Of a stretch of DNA of 64,000 nt, positions 35,434 through 48,884 are shown one piece after another. The first letter of the stretch is position 1; the number at the start of each line of letters is the position of its first letter. Source of the DNA: Nemertoderma westbladi (lineage: Eukaryota; Animalia; Xenacoelomorpha). Made by a program: the position numbers and the translations under genes. The DNA lies in assembly GCA_032718475.1 (NCBI GenBank), contig JAUCBJ010006695.1, forward strand, positions 134,288-198,287, read 5' to 3'. The notes under the pieces are model-generated. The model worked only from the letters and a program-made list of their open reading frames with translations. It was not told where the DNA came from and ran no database searches.

Positions 35434-37058
35434 TAACATATGGAGTGGGTGTGTGACTATATCATTTTATATTTGTTTTTTATTTTATATTTATGTATGT
35501 ATTATTACGTAATTTTATTATAATCGTTTTCTTTAATTTTATTTAGTAGAATGTTATTTTAGCGATTATTTAGTAGATTAGTGCAATATATTAGTGTTTA
35601 TTACGTAAGTAATTACTTATAATATATATTTAGTGCGACGGCGAGAAATAATTCTTTTTCTCTTTCCTTACTGTCCGTATCATATTATAAATACGTGACT
35701 ACAGTAAGATGACATGTCAGTACTTATTAAAGTACAATAAAGCCACTACTATATTCAAGTATTATTGGTAGGCAGAGTATTAGGAATGCAAAGTTCAGAT
35801 CCTCGTGTCTCGGCTAAACCAAGCTCTGGGTAGACCTTGGAAACGACTTGCCTCTTCACACTGACATTGCTTCGTGCGATATTGCTCTTCTACCTTATAA
35901 CAAATAATACATATAGTAGCGTGATGTCCCTCTAACAGTAGCGTAAAACGCAAATAAATCTGTTAAATCTTTTGACCATCTGTAATTCTAGTCGATTAAG
36001 ATATCGTGGCACCCACCGATATACTTGAAAGACAAATTCTAGAATCAGTGGTTAACGTCCCCAGACAAGTTCTGGAATAAATCGGTGCCCATCTTAAATA
36101 TTAATTTAATATTTATTAAAATCTGTAAATTTCAGATCCTTTAAAATTTCTAGTCAATTAAGATATCGCAGCACTTACCGATACTCTTAGAAGGACTATT
36201 TTATAGAATTAAGGATCCTAAGTCCCCAGATATGCTCTGGAATAAAATTTGTGTCAATTTAACATCAAATAATAAAATTCACGGGAATAAATTTAAATTC
36301 ATATTCAAATGAATTTCATAAATTGTCATTTTGTGCAATTTATAACATTCCCAAAATTCCAGTAATTAATAGATCATGGGAGCGGAGATTCATATTGAGT
36401 GTACTAGAGTGCGAGAATCTCCAACATATAGTCAATAGCCGATAAAATTTATAAAATCATGCATAAAGAGGATATTGACAATTAAAGAATTACTATTAAA
36501 TAGCATCCCAGATCTGTATGCATGAGAATTACCCTAATTCTACCGCTAGTTTTCCATAATGTCACCATGGCAACACCCACGCTAGAATTAGAAGCAAGTT
36601 AAAGGAACAATAAAAAGCTTGCCCCATTGCGTAGCATAAGAGTATACATAGCGCACTATTAGTATCCAAGGATACATAGTAATAACGTGACATTCTGGAA
36701 GACACTGACTAACGGACAAATGGCCTGCATGTGTGCAGTAAGTAATGATTGTATGGAATTTGTGCGTTTATAGGTGAATGTTACTACTAAAGTGTGTTTA
36801 CAGTAGCTAATCGCAATTGTAAAGTAGCCCTAACTCTACCGAGATAACCTCAAGTGGATTCAAGCCTTTGGGACGGACAGTGGTGGGACTTGTGCCGGTT
36901 ATTGTTGTCGTGCTGTTGCTACATGTTGGCGTAAACACCGCGACAACGGTACATCGGCGCTGAGAAACCCACTGTCCGGGGGCAAAGACTAGTAGGCAGC
37001 GACGCCCACTTGCCTAAATATTGACTCATACTAATATTAATAAACTCAGATAGCAGAT

Positions 37059-38506
37059 ATGACGGAATTAATAGAAGATGATCTTGGTATCAGGGAACGA
37101 TATACTCTACCTTTACAAGCATTTGTGGATAGCTTGATACGCGGTGAAGCCGATCCAACCATTACGGAGGACGATGGTCGTTATATCGAACCGCCGATGT
37201 CCCAAGAGCAACTTACGCGTGAATTGGACTATCGAAAATTAACCGCTCGCTATACGCATCGTAATGGTACGTATATGGACTTCCTAACTACCGGCCATCC
37301 TATCGATTTACATGATACGGACGATGTATACCCCGAAAGGGAAATGGTTCTATTTAAATATCATACCCAGCGGAGTCGTAACGATAAACCGAGAATAGAT
37401 CACGAAAATTATATTCGTAACAGACTGGGAAGACGAACCAATATGCCTAGAATCTGAGGAGATTCAGCCTTTCGCGCCCGGAACAACGACAACGATTACC
37501 TCCTTGAATGGTATCAAGGTCCACAGTGTCTCACTGCGTACGATTATCGCCATGCCAACTATGTTTCTCGGCAACGTTGTCGGTTATGCGCATCGAGAGA
37601 CCATGTTACGCCCATGGACACAAACGTCCGCTGTTCCTATTTCCACGAACAACCGACGATGGAAATTTATTGCGCGTATTACCGACTCAATAACTTGCAC
37701 ATTTTTGCGGTTTGCCCTCAATTTATGACTCAATGTCACCATTGTCAACTAAAGGGACGCGCCAGTTTCGATTGCCCTTTTTAGTCACGATTTGGAAAGC
37801 GTAGATGAAATGATCACACTACGTTACATCAGAGCTTGGGAAGCGAACGCTGATTTACATTGTGATTCGCGCCATCGTTATTATCCTGGACGCGCTTACG
37901 AAGGAGTTTATGCGTTCCATCCTTATCTATTCGCTTCTGTCGAACAGAAATCACGCATATCGAGTTACGAACTACTGAAGCGCGTCGGAGAATGTATTTC
38001 AACCAAATTCGTACGCAAATTTCTCAGGAGGGTTAATCCTAGCAACCTTCATTCCTATAACTTATCAGTTATATCCGTCAGGACCCGGACTATGGAGACT
38101 TATTTGTTAACTCATACCCCGAGTTACAGGAAGTATATCGACGGCCTTACGAATACCGAGCCCGCGAACGCGAGTTGGAAAGGACCATTAAACCCCGGAG
38201 GTTTCTAGCGGCCTATGGTCCACCCACGGCCCTCGTTCAGACCACTCGTAAAGGACCCGTAAGAGCGGCTGTCTTAAAACGAGCTCTCAAAGCCGTTAGA
38301 CCCCTCTCCCCGACGTTGATATCAATCAACCCGGTACTTCGACTGGCGGATACACCGACCATAATCCTACACCCTCTGATGCAATCATATTGCACCCTTC
38401 ACCCAGGAGTTATAGCCCTCCTTGTAAAGTGGCTCGCCCCAAAGAGAAAAAGACTCTGGCTAGCTTTAAAAAACTGCGTAAACGCCGTCCGCGTAAGAAA
38501 GATTAA
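37059..38506 (+). pseudogene. Element B remnant of ORF2 (exonuclease domain deleted, knuckle region frameshifted)
   Basis: First ~125 codons match ORF2 of A, then a jump to EDEPICLESEEIQP; several frameshifts; knuckle substitutions C>Y and H>R. Confidence 0.92.
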
Positions 38507-38584
38507 CTGTTTAGAGTATTTACGTATATTAGAAACTGTGATTTTGTATATTTTATAGACTTAAATCCCATTTTCTGGGAGCGG

Positions 38585-39776
38585 TGTAAAAGCTTTTGTG
38601 GGATAACTGATTCGTTTGCTTTGCTAACCAGTTCCCCCCAGTCGCTGAATACTCTAAAAAGGGATCTATAGCTAAAATAGTGCAAGCTACCAGCTTATTG
38701 GCTGAGGGGCTGTACGAAGGTATCTGGGTTCTGCTCGATCGGCCAACCAGCTTAGGGAGGTTGCCTCAGCCATGTTGTCCGTATCGGCCAATAGAATTTG
38801 AGTGGGCGTTGATTTTGACCTATCCCAGAGCTACTGAACTGAATTTCCTATCTGTATGCTCATCCTCTGTGTTGGACGGGAGCTTCGGGGAATAAGGGTA
38901 GTTGGTATCCTCGTATAGTCATGTAGTCACATGTTTCTGTTGTTGTGTTCCCATTTTTCGCCATAACACCGGCTTTTGGAACAACTCTAGCAAAAACTGC
39001 TTAGATTATAGAAAGTATAACTGTTACCGGCGGTACTTACCAACTAATCGGCACACGGCACGGACTTTAATTACTAATCATATTGTTTGTACTGCTATTT
39101 ACCGTCAGTTATTAATTGTATCGATTTGTTGATGAAATATTGTCATTTGGAGAATATTGATAAATCACCCAAATTTCCCAATTTTCTTGATACACTACAG
39201 GTTAGAGAGACAGGCTATATATAACAATTGCGATTTATATCAATGTGGTGTGTATTGAATCTAATGTTATTTAGTAGACACTACCTGAGTCAATTGCTGT
39301 TCTCTTTATGTGTGATCAAATATACTGACGGTCGGCAGAATAGTGTGCATGATTGTGAGTGTGACTGGTAACAAAGCATTTCCTAAAGAATGCGCCTTAT
39401 ACTTTAATCATAAGCCCTATCGTTGCGTTTAGTATAAGTCCTAGCTCTGTTTAAATAGATAGAGCGCCACGTCCTAAAGGAACTGTTAATATTTCCCGAA
39501 AGTTAATAATATCTGTCAGAAATTACATATTAGCGATCAATCGAATAATACAGTAGGTTTACACTGCAACCTTACACTGCAATAATAAAATCTAAGCATC
39601 CGAATTCAGCCTCCCGGGTGTATCCATCGGGTGAATGATCGCGCATGGGCTGGCTTCGGCTAATGTTTTGTTTATTAGCATAAAAATATTGTCGTATGCT
39701 AAAGGTGTGTTAATTAACTAAAAGACATATAAATTTTGGCAGGTTAAACTGCTAAAGGTCTTCAAAAGCGCGAACA
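38585..39776 (+). repeat. 3' LTR of element B
   Basis: Direct repeat of 28794-29985, preceded by purine tract gggagcgg. Confidence 0.97.
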
Positions 39777-41386
39777 AATATACCATTAAGGATAGTGGGG
39801 ACTTTCTACGCAATCAAAATTAATCTCTGTCAAGGGGAATATCGATTCCAACAGCTGATTTCTCCAGTAATATAACTGTACCTTGTTCTATTATTTAGGT
39901 GAGACTAACCTGCCACTGTGATCTGTTCCTTTCCCTTAATTAATATTTTAACATTGGGTAGAGATATTAATTTGCTGACCTGCGCTTTTGGGTCAACACG
40001 GAAAGGTTCTCAGGCCACTGGGTCTCAGGACTCTCAGGGTCACTGACCACCATATTATAACATGAAATATTCCTTTTTACGTTATGTAAGAATACACGTT
40101 CCCACTTTTATATTTATTTCATAAAAACAATAATAATGGTCATATAATACTATTATTGTAATAACACATCCTTGTCTTGTGTTATTAGTTTTGCAAATAA
40201 AATGCTTCTGGCAAGGCTTCTGGCAAGCTATTCTATATGAAAAATACTGGCTCAAGCCCTGCAGAAAAATACATTTACTGACATTATAACAGACAATGGT
40301 AACTCAAATTATGGGTTTAGCGCATCCGTCAAACTAGATAATGTTTAGAATAAGTAGAGTGTATCTATTAATTTCTGCCAACTAGGGCCATCGTCAGGAT
40401 AAACAATATCAGACTGAATGATAAAAAAAATTACACATAATATTGGCGAGGGCTATATAATTTATGACAATGGCGTACTGTAGCAGGATTCGGTAGAACG
40501 CTTTCGGTGGATGTTCCTAGCACATCTGTCTTAGCTTAGCACATAGCCTCGCCCAACCAAACATTTGTTGCTTCCTCAACTTCCGGTGCGGCAGTTGACC
40601 TAGAAGGCTCCTCAACGATAACACCTCATCCCTAGAAATGGCGGACTACAACACAACCAGTAACTCACCAACCTTAATTGAATAGCAAACTCCACTATAT
40701 AACACACGGTTCGAAGGACCATGTCCTTGCTAAAACATTCAAGACATTGTGGGGTGTGAAATTGGAAATTAGGATTCAATGTTGGGGTGGAAACCTAAGG
40801 GTGATGATAATAAAGCCACACTGTATGGGATGTCGGGGACGTGGGGACTACAGAGCCAATAGCGTGAGGCCAATAGCTGACAATGTGACTGAGTTGTAAA
40901 ATATTTTGAAAATGTTGTACAGTATGATGCTTCAGTAATATAAAGTTATAAAATACGGCCGTATATTTACTTACTTGATTATGGTTTACCATAATAGGGT
41001 TGGTGCGCGAAAAATTTTGGGATAGAAACAATTGAAGAAGGGGTTAAGGAAGGTGCCCTGATTCCAGTGGCGGCGTATGTTTTTGTAAAAACACGAGGAA
41101 TTGGTCGAAATGGCTGGTTTACTTGCTCCTTTGTGGAGGGGGATTTTCGATCCATTCAAATATACATTCAATTTCAATCATTTTACACATATGGGTTATA
41201 TCAATTTATATCGGCGAGTCTTGCGCGTCTTTTGACACCTAAATTAATCAAATTCATGCTGTTGAAAATTGATAAAATGCTGTTCACAATTGCAAACTCG
41301 GCAGATTGCCTGACCTGTATGCAAGCTCTCAGCCCTATTAGCCTATTGCAGTATCTGAGTATTAGTATTGCAGCTTTCTTCATTAA

Positions 41387-41481
41387 GTTGGGTTTACCGG
41401 TGACCGGTACACAATTTAGAATAACATTTTATACTATAAAATGTTATTATAAATTGTGTACCGGTCACCGGTAAACCCAAC
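41387..41481. repeat. Near-perfect 95-bp palindrome (micro-MITE-like)
   Basis: gttgggtttaccggtgaccggtacacaattta...taaattgtgtaccggtcaccggtaaacccaac. Confidence 0.9.
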
Positions 41482-41759
41482 AATATTATTTAGTATTTAT
41501 AGTAGCTACCAATTAATATACAGTACAGTAGTAGCGTTGTAACAGTAAAATAGACCCCCCCTCCCCGGAAAATGTGCCCGGGGGCTTTTTTCCTATGAAA
41601 AAATGCCCCCCCCCGGGCAAATTCTCATAGGAATAAATGTCCCCCGTAGGAAATTATGCACCCCACCCTCCCCCCCCCCCCCTTAATTAAACTATTTTAT
41701 TGAAGACTGTCTCACTCTAGAAAGAGACACAATACCAACACCAACCTCCGAAGGTTCCA

Positions 41760-42032
41760 CCTTGGTGTAGTGGTTGCATTGAATTCACATCTCCTGTAGG
41801 TTGTGCGTTCGATCCTCACATGGGCCAGGGCAGTTTTCGTTTCGGCACGAATGCTTTAAAGGGACCAGCCAGGGCCTGCCTTGCATCCTTAAGTGGTAGC
41901 TAAATGAGTACTGGAGTTTCCTCTGGGGAGTAAAGTTCTGAGGGGACCGCACTGGAAATAAGTCGTCAGACTTTGTGCGTAATCCCTGGCCTAGTGGCCG
42001 AAGAAAATTTACTTTACTTTTTAGTTTTACTT
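41760..42032 (+). mobile_element. Second tRNA-derived SINE
   Basis: tggtgtagtgg (A box), gttcgatcc (B box), core gccttgcatccttaagtggtagctaaatgagtac, (tttac)n tail. Confidence 0.7.
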
Positions 42033-42234
42033 AACCGTTACTTTGGGGACCGTTGTATGAAACACTTTTATATATACCGCTTATTTTATGAAATTAACTT
42101 TTAAATTTCAATGTCATTTATCTTTGTTTTGGCTTTTTAATTTTTGTATGCAATAGGTTTTATAGTGTAGTAAGAGTAAAGTAACAGTAAAATAAATTCA
42201 TTTACAGCCAATTATAAGATAATTATTATTAAAA

Positions 42235-42578
42235 GATCGTATCATGATGGAATCAGAGTCTACCACCATTATATCGAGTATAAGGAACAATATGCATTCT
42301 TTTTCAGTTTCTAGTTGCCATGGCAACCAGTAACCTTGGCTAAAAACAAGATACATATTAGGCGCAGCGTTTTTAAATCAACCTCTACCCCCACTATATC
42401 GAGTATAAGGAAAAATATGCAATATATATATTTTACTTTCTAGAAGCCATGGCAACGCGTCAGAATTGTTAATAAAGTGTCTTTAATGCCATGGCAACTA
42501 GAAACTGAAAAAGAATGCATATTGTTCCTTATATGTGATATAATGGTGGTAGACTCTGATTCCATCATGATACGATCA
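42235..42578. repeat. ~90-bp-arm inverted repeat within a CCATGGCAAC-rich DNA-element remnant
   Basis: gatcgtatcatgatggaatcagagtctaccacc... pairs with ...ggtggtagactctgattccatcatgatacgatc. Confidence 0.85.
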
Positions 42579-43594
42579 CTGAATACGCATTACAAAGCCC
42601 GTTACTATGGACATTGTCAATATTGCTATCTTTGAAGGTCGTTTTCGCATGGTTGCTATGGTATTTTCAAAAAAACGAAATATGCCATTAATTTCTTCAT
42701 ATCCAAAATATTAATCTGCTATAAATTTTAAATTGTCATATTTACTATAAGAGCTGTTGCTATGGCAATTTTCTCCGTTGCTATGTTTAAGACCCCCTAA
42801 TTAACGAGCGCAACCATTTGGTGAAGTCTACCCAAATTTTTTTAAATGTCCTAAGCATGCACTAAACATCTATGTAGGGTAGCCGAGTCATATATAAAAT
42901 TCCTACGGGGCCATAGGCTGGAGCCTGTACTATTATGAACTATGGGGAATACCATAATGAAATACAAATACGTGTACTAAGTTTCCATGACAACCAAATT
43001 AATCTAAACTTAAACCAAATCTAAGTAAGGATACTGGCTTTCAGAAGATACCTTGAAATCGTATTTTCGTCCGCATTTCAGCGAGTTATTAAAAATTAAA
43101 TTGTATCAAATTTTGCGGGACACCCTGTCCACAAAGTTACCCACGCAATATTTTCATTAATGGAATTTCCCATCAGCGGTAATGTAAATGTGTTATTTAA
43201 GTTACCGGTAATTAAGTGGCTGTTTTGACGCTATCTACCTAACTTAATTAAACATAGAACAGTTAATTAATTAGGTTGATTAGTTTAACATGTGGCTGTT
43301 AGTTGTCTCATTGTTCTCTATTTGTTATTCTGATTCAGAACAAACTTTGAACCGGAATTTGTCCCACCAAGGTAAACCAATTTTCTATCATAAAATACAC
43401 TAATAATGATATGAGAGCAACATAAAAAAATTTTTTTTTTGTTTTAAATGTAATTCATAATATAATAATTATAATGTGTATTTAAAATAATTGAATATTA
43501 TGTAATTTACCCCTATGTTAATTTATCGGAGTACCTCTGGAATATAGCTTACTGGTACCTGTCAGCCTGTAGACCAGGTTATAGAGGGGTGTAA

Positions 43595-43740
43595 ACGCTG
43601 TGCCGACAGTGTCGGCATAACGTTGTGCCGACAGTATCGGCGTTACGTTGTGCCGGCAGTGTCGGCGTTACGTTGTGCCGACAGTATCGGCGTAACGTTG
43701 TGCCGACAGTGTCGGCGTTACATTTTGCCGTCAGTGTGCC
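43595..43740 (+). repeat. 24-bp minisatellite (ACGTTGTGCCGACAGTGTCGGCGT-like)
   Basis: About 6 tandem units, each with a small gccgac/gtcggc hairpin. Confidence 0.88.
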
Positions 43741-44039
43741 TGGCTAAAATCTAAATAGGAGACTGTTGTATAAGTGATAAGACTGTAGGGTAAATGATTT
43801 TTATAACCGCTGACTGTGAACGACCCAACAAGTAGTTGTGCGGTACACCGCGCGGTTTACCGCAGCCTATTGAAAAAATGTTAAAAAAATTAATGTAAAT
43901 TCCTGTTGAATTCGCATTCGGCAGATAGACAATAATTTACCGCAACGGTACCGCAGGGTGTGAGCGGGCTCCGGGTAGTGTACTGCTGGTGTGTACTTCA
44001 ATACCGCTAGACCATTATGTACAAAGGTACTTTAAAACT

Positions 44040-45030
44040 GATAGCTCTACTGGTGTTAATAATGTGCCTCTGAGGTCTTTAAGATAAGATAATGCCTTCA
44101 ACTCATCCACCCTATCCTTGTAGACTAAGTAGGCTGACACCGTTTCCAAATAAGGTAATTATCCTGTACTGTGTCATAGTGTGAAATTAGTCCTATCTCA
44201 ATTGCTGCAAAATATTGTAAAAAGACTCTTGTGTGGGAATCAGAATGGGTTTCGTAAAGGTAGAGTTACCTTTAAGCCCATTCTTGCATTTATAAAGATT
44301 ATTGAAGGCGTATCCCAAAGAAATACAGGCGTTTGGCTGTCATCTATGTGGATTTCTTCAAGGCCTTTGATTCTGTGTCATGCCCAAATGTAGCATGATC
44401 CAAAATCCATCAGGCATATGGGATTACCAATTATATCATCAATGGAATCAGAACCGTTTTTGACGGTTACATGACCTTTGTCTCTACAACAGATGGAGAT
44501 ACAGTCCCATTTGAGGTTCTCTGGGATGCCCTGCAAGGAATATATATATTAGCATCTTTATTCTTGTGGTGGACTATGTGCCGTGATCATCTCTCGATAT
44601 TCACATTGCAGATGGGGTGGAAATATCTCCTCCATTAGGTAGCTATATAGAACAATTTATAGAACAATTTATAGCCAAGCAGAACATCTAACCGATCTTG
44701 ATTTTGCTGATGATCTTGGTTTAATGTGAGATACATTAGAGGGATCAAGTTCCCACAGGAATCATATGGACTCAGGCCAGCAGAAAGTTGATAATTATAT
44801 CATTCAATCGCTGAATGGTCTCAGGTCTGTAGAATGAGTTCTGCTACCTTGGATCATGGGCTCGAAGTCTGGTGAAGAACCCCGCATTCGCAAACGAAAA
44901 GCCTGCTCTACCAATTACCAGCTATCCGGAACCTGGAGGTGCTGTGATATGTAATGCTCTTTAAGGGTACTCCTTTTCTGTGTAGCAATGCAGCCTTTGC
45001 TGCTTCATGTAACAGCGAAATGGAACTGTA
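44040..45030 (+). mobile_element. Degraded LINE reverse transcriptase remnant
   Basis: NQNGFRKGR, VDFFKAFDSV and LDFADDL motifs spread over broken frames. Confidence 0.75.
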
Positions 45031-45540
45031 ACCTGTGCTAATGACATTCTTGTATTGTTTTGTTAGAATATTGTGCCACTGGAACCTTCTCCTTTGCCAT
45101 AATATTAATAATTGATAAATCGATTAAAAATTGATAAAAATTCAATGAGATGGGATTTGCGACAAGTTTCCTTCCCCCCTGTCTCGAATTATGATAGATT
45201 CCCCAAAGTGCATATTAAGTTAGCATAATTGTATGAGAAGTGTTCGAGTGCAGCCTACTAAACAGCTTTGAAGCCTCTTCTCATCTTTACTTGCAAGACA
45301 TTAGCAGGGGGGGGGGGGGGGGGGGTTGACGTGTAGCAGTTCAGAATACTACTGAGTTGAAATTAACAAACCCAAAGAGAATAATAAATTTGTCACTGTA
45401 TCTCATAATCAAAAAGACAAAAATTATATAGTATATTGTACCAAATTTCTTTCAAATATAGATTTATATATATCGTTTGATTGACTAATCCTGTATAGTT
45501 ATTTCATATATGTCGTTCATGGAATAGTATATACAGTAGA

Positions 45541-47013
45541 ATGGATATTATCGCCATTTTAATATTCTTTATTGCCTCGATTTCAAGCTATATATGTTAT
45601 TATCATTTTACTAAAAACACCTTAGGAAACCCCAGACCCCCATCACCAAGTGGTGTGCCAATCCTGGGCAATTTAATCAGTGCATGGAGGTCCAAACATT
45701 CACTGGTTATGACTTATTGGAAGTGGAGTAAAGAATTATCCTCCAATGTTATTCGGGTGCGTGTCCCAGGCCAAAATATAATAGTACTGAATTCCCTACC
45801 TGTGATTCGACAAGCGTATATCGAACAAAGCAATCTGTTCTCTGGGCGCACAAGTCTCATCACTAAAAGAGGAATTATAATGTCCACGGGACCTATATGG
45901 TACCATCAAAGGAAGTTATTCATGTCAGTGATGCGGCATTTCTATCTTGGGAAAATATCATTTGAGCAACGTGTTGCGGAAGAAGCGACCTACCTATGCC
46001 GCTGGATGGAGGATGAAGAAGGTTCTCCCTTTGACCCCTTTGTGATGTTCAGCAAATCAGTTTCTAATATTATCAGTGGAATTGTATTTGGAAATCGTTT
46101 CGAATATGATGATCCTGAGTTTATATATCTCCTACATCTGGTACACCGATCTGTTCGTATTTTCGTATTGCTCTATGCCCTTCCAAAGTTCATTGTTGAT
46201 GCCTTCGTTGGTGACAATTCCAATCCCCACAAACTGTTTGCAAACATGGCTCAAGTTTGTCAGAAACATATAGTTCATCATCGGGAGACCATCGATTATT
46301 CCTCCACTCCCAGGGATTACATAGATGCGCATCTCATGGAAGAGAAGAAGTATTTAGATTCTCTAGATACCAAAACCGCTGACTACTACAATGATTTGAA
46401 TCTTTCCGAATCAATTAGAGACCTCTTCCTTGCAGGCAGTGAGACCACAAGTAGCGCACTCTACTGGTTCATACTAATTCTAGCCACTCATCCTGATGTT
46501 CAGAGTAAATGTCAAAGTCTCCTAGATTCCGAGGTTGGCAGAGACCGACTACCAAATCTCACCGACCTTTCCAAGATACCATATTACGAAGCTTGTTTGC
46601 TGGAGGTTCTTCGATATAGCGTAATCTTGCCATTGGATATCAGTCGTAAAGTCCCACGTGACGTAACTATCGATTCTTTTACTATCCTGCCTACTGATGC
46701 GGTCGTGATAAATATTTGGGCCCTGCTGAGAGACCCTGCTGTCTGGGCCAGGCCTACAGAATTTTACCCAGAACATTTCCTGACAGCAGATGGGTCGGCG
46801 GTGATCAAACCCGATCATTTCCTTCCATTTGGAGTTGGGGCGAGGTCTTGTGCTGGTCAGCGATTGGCTACCATGGAGTTTCGGATATTTAGCAGCCATT
46901 TGATCCACTCGTTCACTTTTGTGGGGGAGGGAGAAATGCAGTTGGGGGAAGTCGAACACGGTGGAACACGAATTCCTAAATCATATAAAATTCGTGCTAT
47001 TTCAAGGTTCTAA
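45541..47013 (+). CDS. Cytochrome P450, clan-2-like, intronless, 490 aa (copy 2)
   Basis: Same motifs as copy 1; about 30 aa differences counted by eye (~94% identity). Confidence 0.96.
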   Translation: MDIIAILIFFIASISSYICYYHFTKNTLGNPRPPSPSGVPILGNLISAWRSKHSLVMTYWKWSKELSSNVIRVRVPGQNIIVLNSLPVIRQAYIEQSNLFSGRTSLITKRGIIMSTGPIWYHQRKLFMSVMRHFYLGKISFEQRVAEEATYLCRWMEDEEGSPFDPFVMFSKSVSNIISGIVFGNRFEYDDPEFIYLLHLVHRSVRIFVLLYALPKFIVDAFVGDNSNPHKLFANMAQVCQKHIVHHRETIDYSSTPRDYIDAHLMEEKKYLDSLDTKTADYYNDLNLSESIRDLFLAGSETTSSALYWFILILATHPDVQSKCQSLLDSEVGRDRLPNLTDLSKIPYYEACLLEVLRYSVILPLDISRKVPRDVTIDSFTILPTDAVVINIWALLRDPAVWARPTEFYPEHFLTADGSAVIKPDHFLPFGVGARSCAGQRLATMEFRIFSSHLIHSFTFVGEGEMQLGEVEHGGTRIPKSYKIRAISRF

Positions 47014-48884
47014 TATATTTTACTTTTAATAATTATATAACACTTTACGCTATTAGAATCATAAAACATCCCATTTCAAAAACATTAATTGTAATCAGTA
47101 ATAAGTAGCTCCATAAAGTAAATTGAATTTTATATTAGGCCTATACTCGAATTGCTAGAAAGGAATTGTTCTCATTTGTTCTCACCTGCTTTTCTAACGT
47201 AAATGAAAATAACTTTAATTAAATATACATATACATATAATATGTGATATTATGATCTCAAATATCAATAATATATTTCGAGCATTTATTTCAAATTTTT
47301 TTGATGCACGCGTCAACTTCGTATTGAAATCTTATATTTATTCTTTGAGAACTATTCAACATTTACGTGTGTGGTTTTTCATACATAACTGTTCGTCGTC
47401 ATGTACAATCTGTATTCTACACCATTATTAACATTGTTTACAACATTGCCTAGCATCAACTTGCGTTGTACCAGAATCTTATTGGCTGTTATCCTCTTAT
47501 TTTAGCTCTCACCTCCTCATTGGTTACACTCGTTTGATTATACATTATAATAAGTGCTGTGTCTTTATGTGATAACCTAAGCCCAACTAACTATAACATC
47601 TGAGGCAATTAAATGTTTAGGTTCGTATTAGTCAATATGGATCTGTAAATTTTCACCGTGTTCATACATTTTCACCGTGTTGCGCATATATTCACACATA
47701 AGTGAGCACTCCTACCGTGTGGTAGGTATCCCAAGGCAAAGATAGTGTTCACAGACTAAAACATATCGAACCTAATTTAAGCAGATGCATAAGTTACGGC
47801 TTGGGGACAATTGTTTGTTTATTGTCAGCCCATCTGTAAAAGCCTTGACTAATTTCGAAAGTGATCGACTAAACCGCTAATTTAAATTATTAATATATTA
47901 ATATAAAGTCGAATCTTCAATGCGTTGCATTGTGAGCACATCTGAAATGGAGACTCTCCTCCAATATTTTTGAATGCTTGAAACTGGTACATCAATCATC
48001 TGCTGGTCAGAATCAATATTCACTCTCAGAATATCGTTAAAGCTTTGTAAATAATTAATTTCATCCCAAAAATAGCCATCCTCATTGGGAGTGTAGGGAG
48101 TGTATCACATTCTAATGTGATACACTCCCTTAATAGTTTATTCTAATCATTTAATTTTTGTAATTGTATTACATACATATATTATATATAATAGATAATA
48201 ATATATCGCAATTACAATATTATATATCAATACCGGTACTATTGATAAACAACCGCGACCTCTATACTAACAGCAGAACTGTTGAACAGACCAATACTAT
48301 CAATAAGTATATTTTGTGATTCAGTGTCGGTCTGCTACAGTAACTACCCCATGTACCCTATATATTTATTATACCTTTTTTTTTACATTTTTCTTTCTTT
48401 ATTGTGGGACGAGCCACGAAAGTAAGCGAGCTTAGCATACAGGTACCCCTAACTCAATTGGTGTGTCTGTTATTTGCTCTGTCCTTCTGTCGTGTTCAAT
48501 TTTAAACGTTAATAACTCAGTCAAATATCGATGAAATCTATCCAAACTTGGTACACTGTACACATGTATAGTCTGGCAAAAGTTTAGAAATTTTCCAAGT
48601 TGAATTTGCGTGGGGTCTTCGTGTACCACCTGCTGTGTAACTGTCATGCAATTATAATAAATTAATCTATCCAAAATTATAAGCCTGTCGCTAGGAGACT
48701 GCAGGATATACACCGTACTGCTGTTGCTGTAGGTGGTAGGCCTAACAGTCTAGGCTGGTTGTCAGGGTGGTACTGCTGTACTGCAGTATTAGCGACTATT
48801 CAGCCAGTAGACATATCATGTACGGTACCGTAATCTTATTAAACAGATGTTTAGCAGTACCGGTACTGGTGCAGGGGTACCGTA

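Larger units (their letters stand above)
28794..39776 (+). mobile_element. BEL/Pao LTR retrotransposon, element B (10,983 bp), non-autonomous deletion derivative of the element A family
   Basis: 1192-bp TG...CA LTRs, TSD AATAT (28789-28793 and 39777-39781); leader, gag, spacer and ORF2 remnant homologous to A. Confidence 0.96.

Noticed and set aside
40986-41474. Short overlapping ORFs as a gene
   Set aside because: No recognisable motif; partly built from a palindrome
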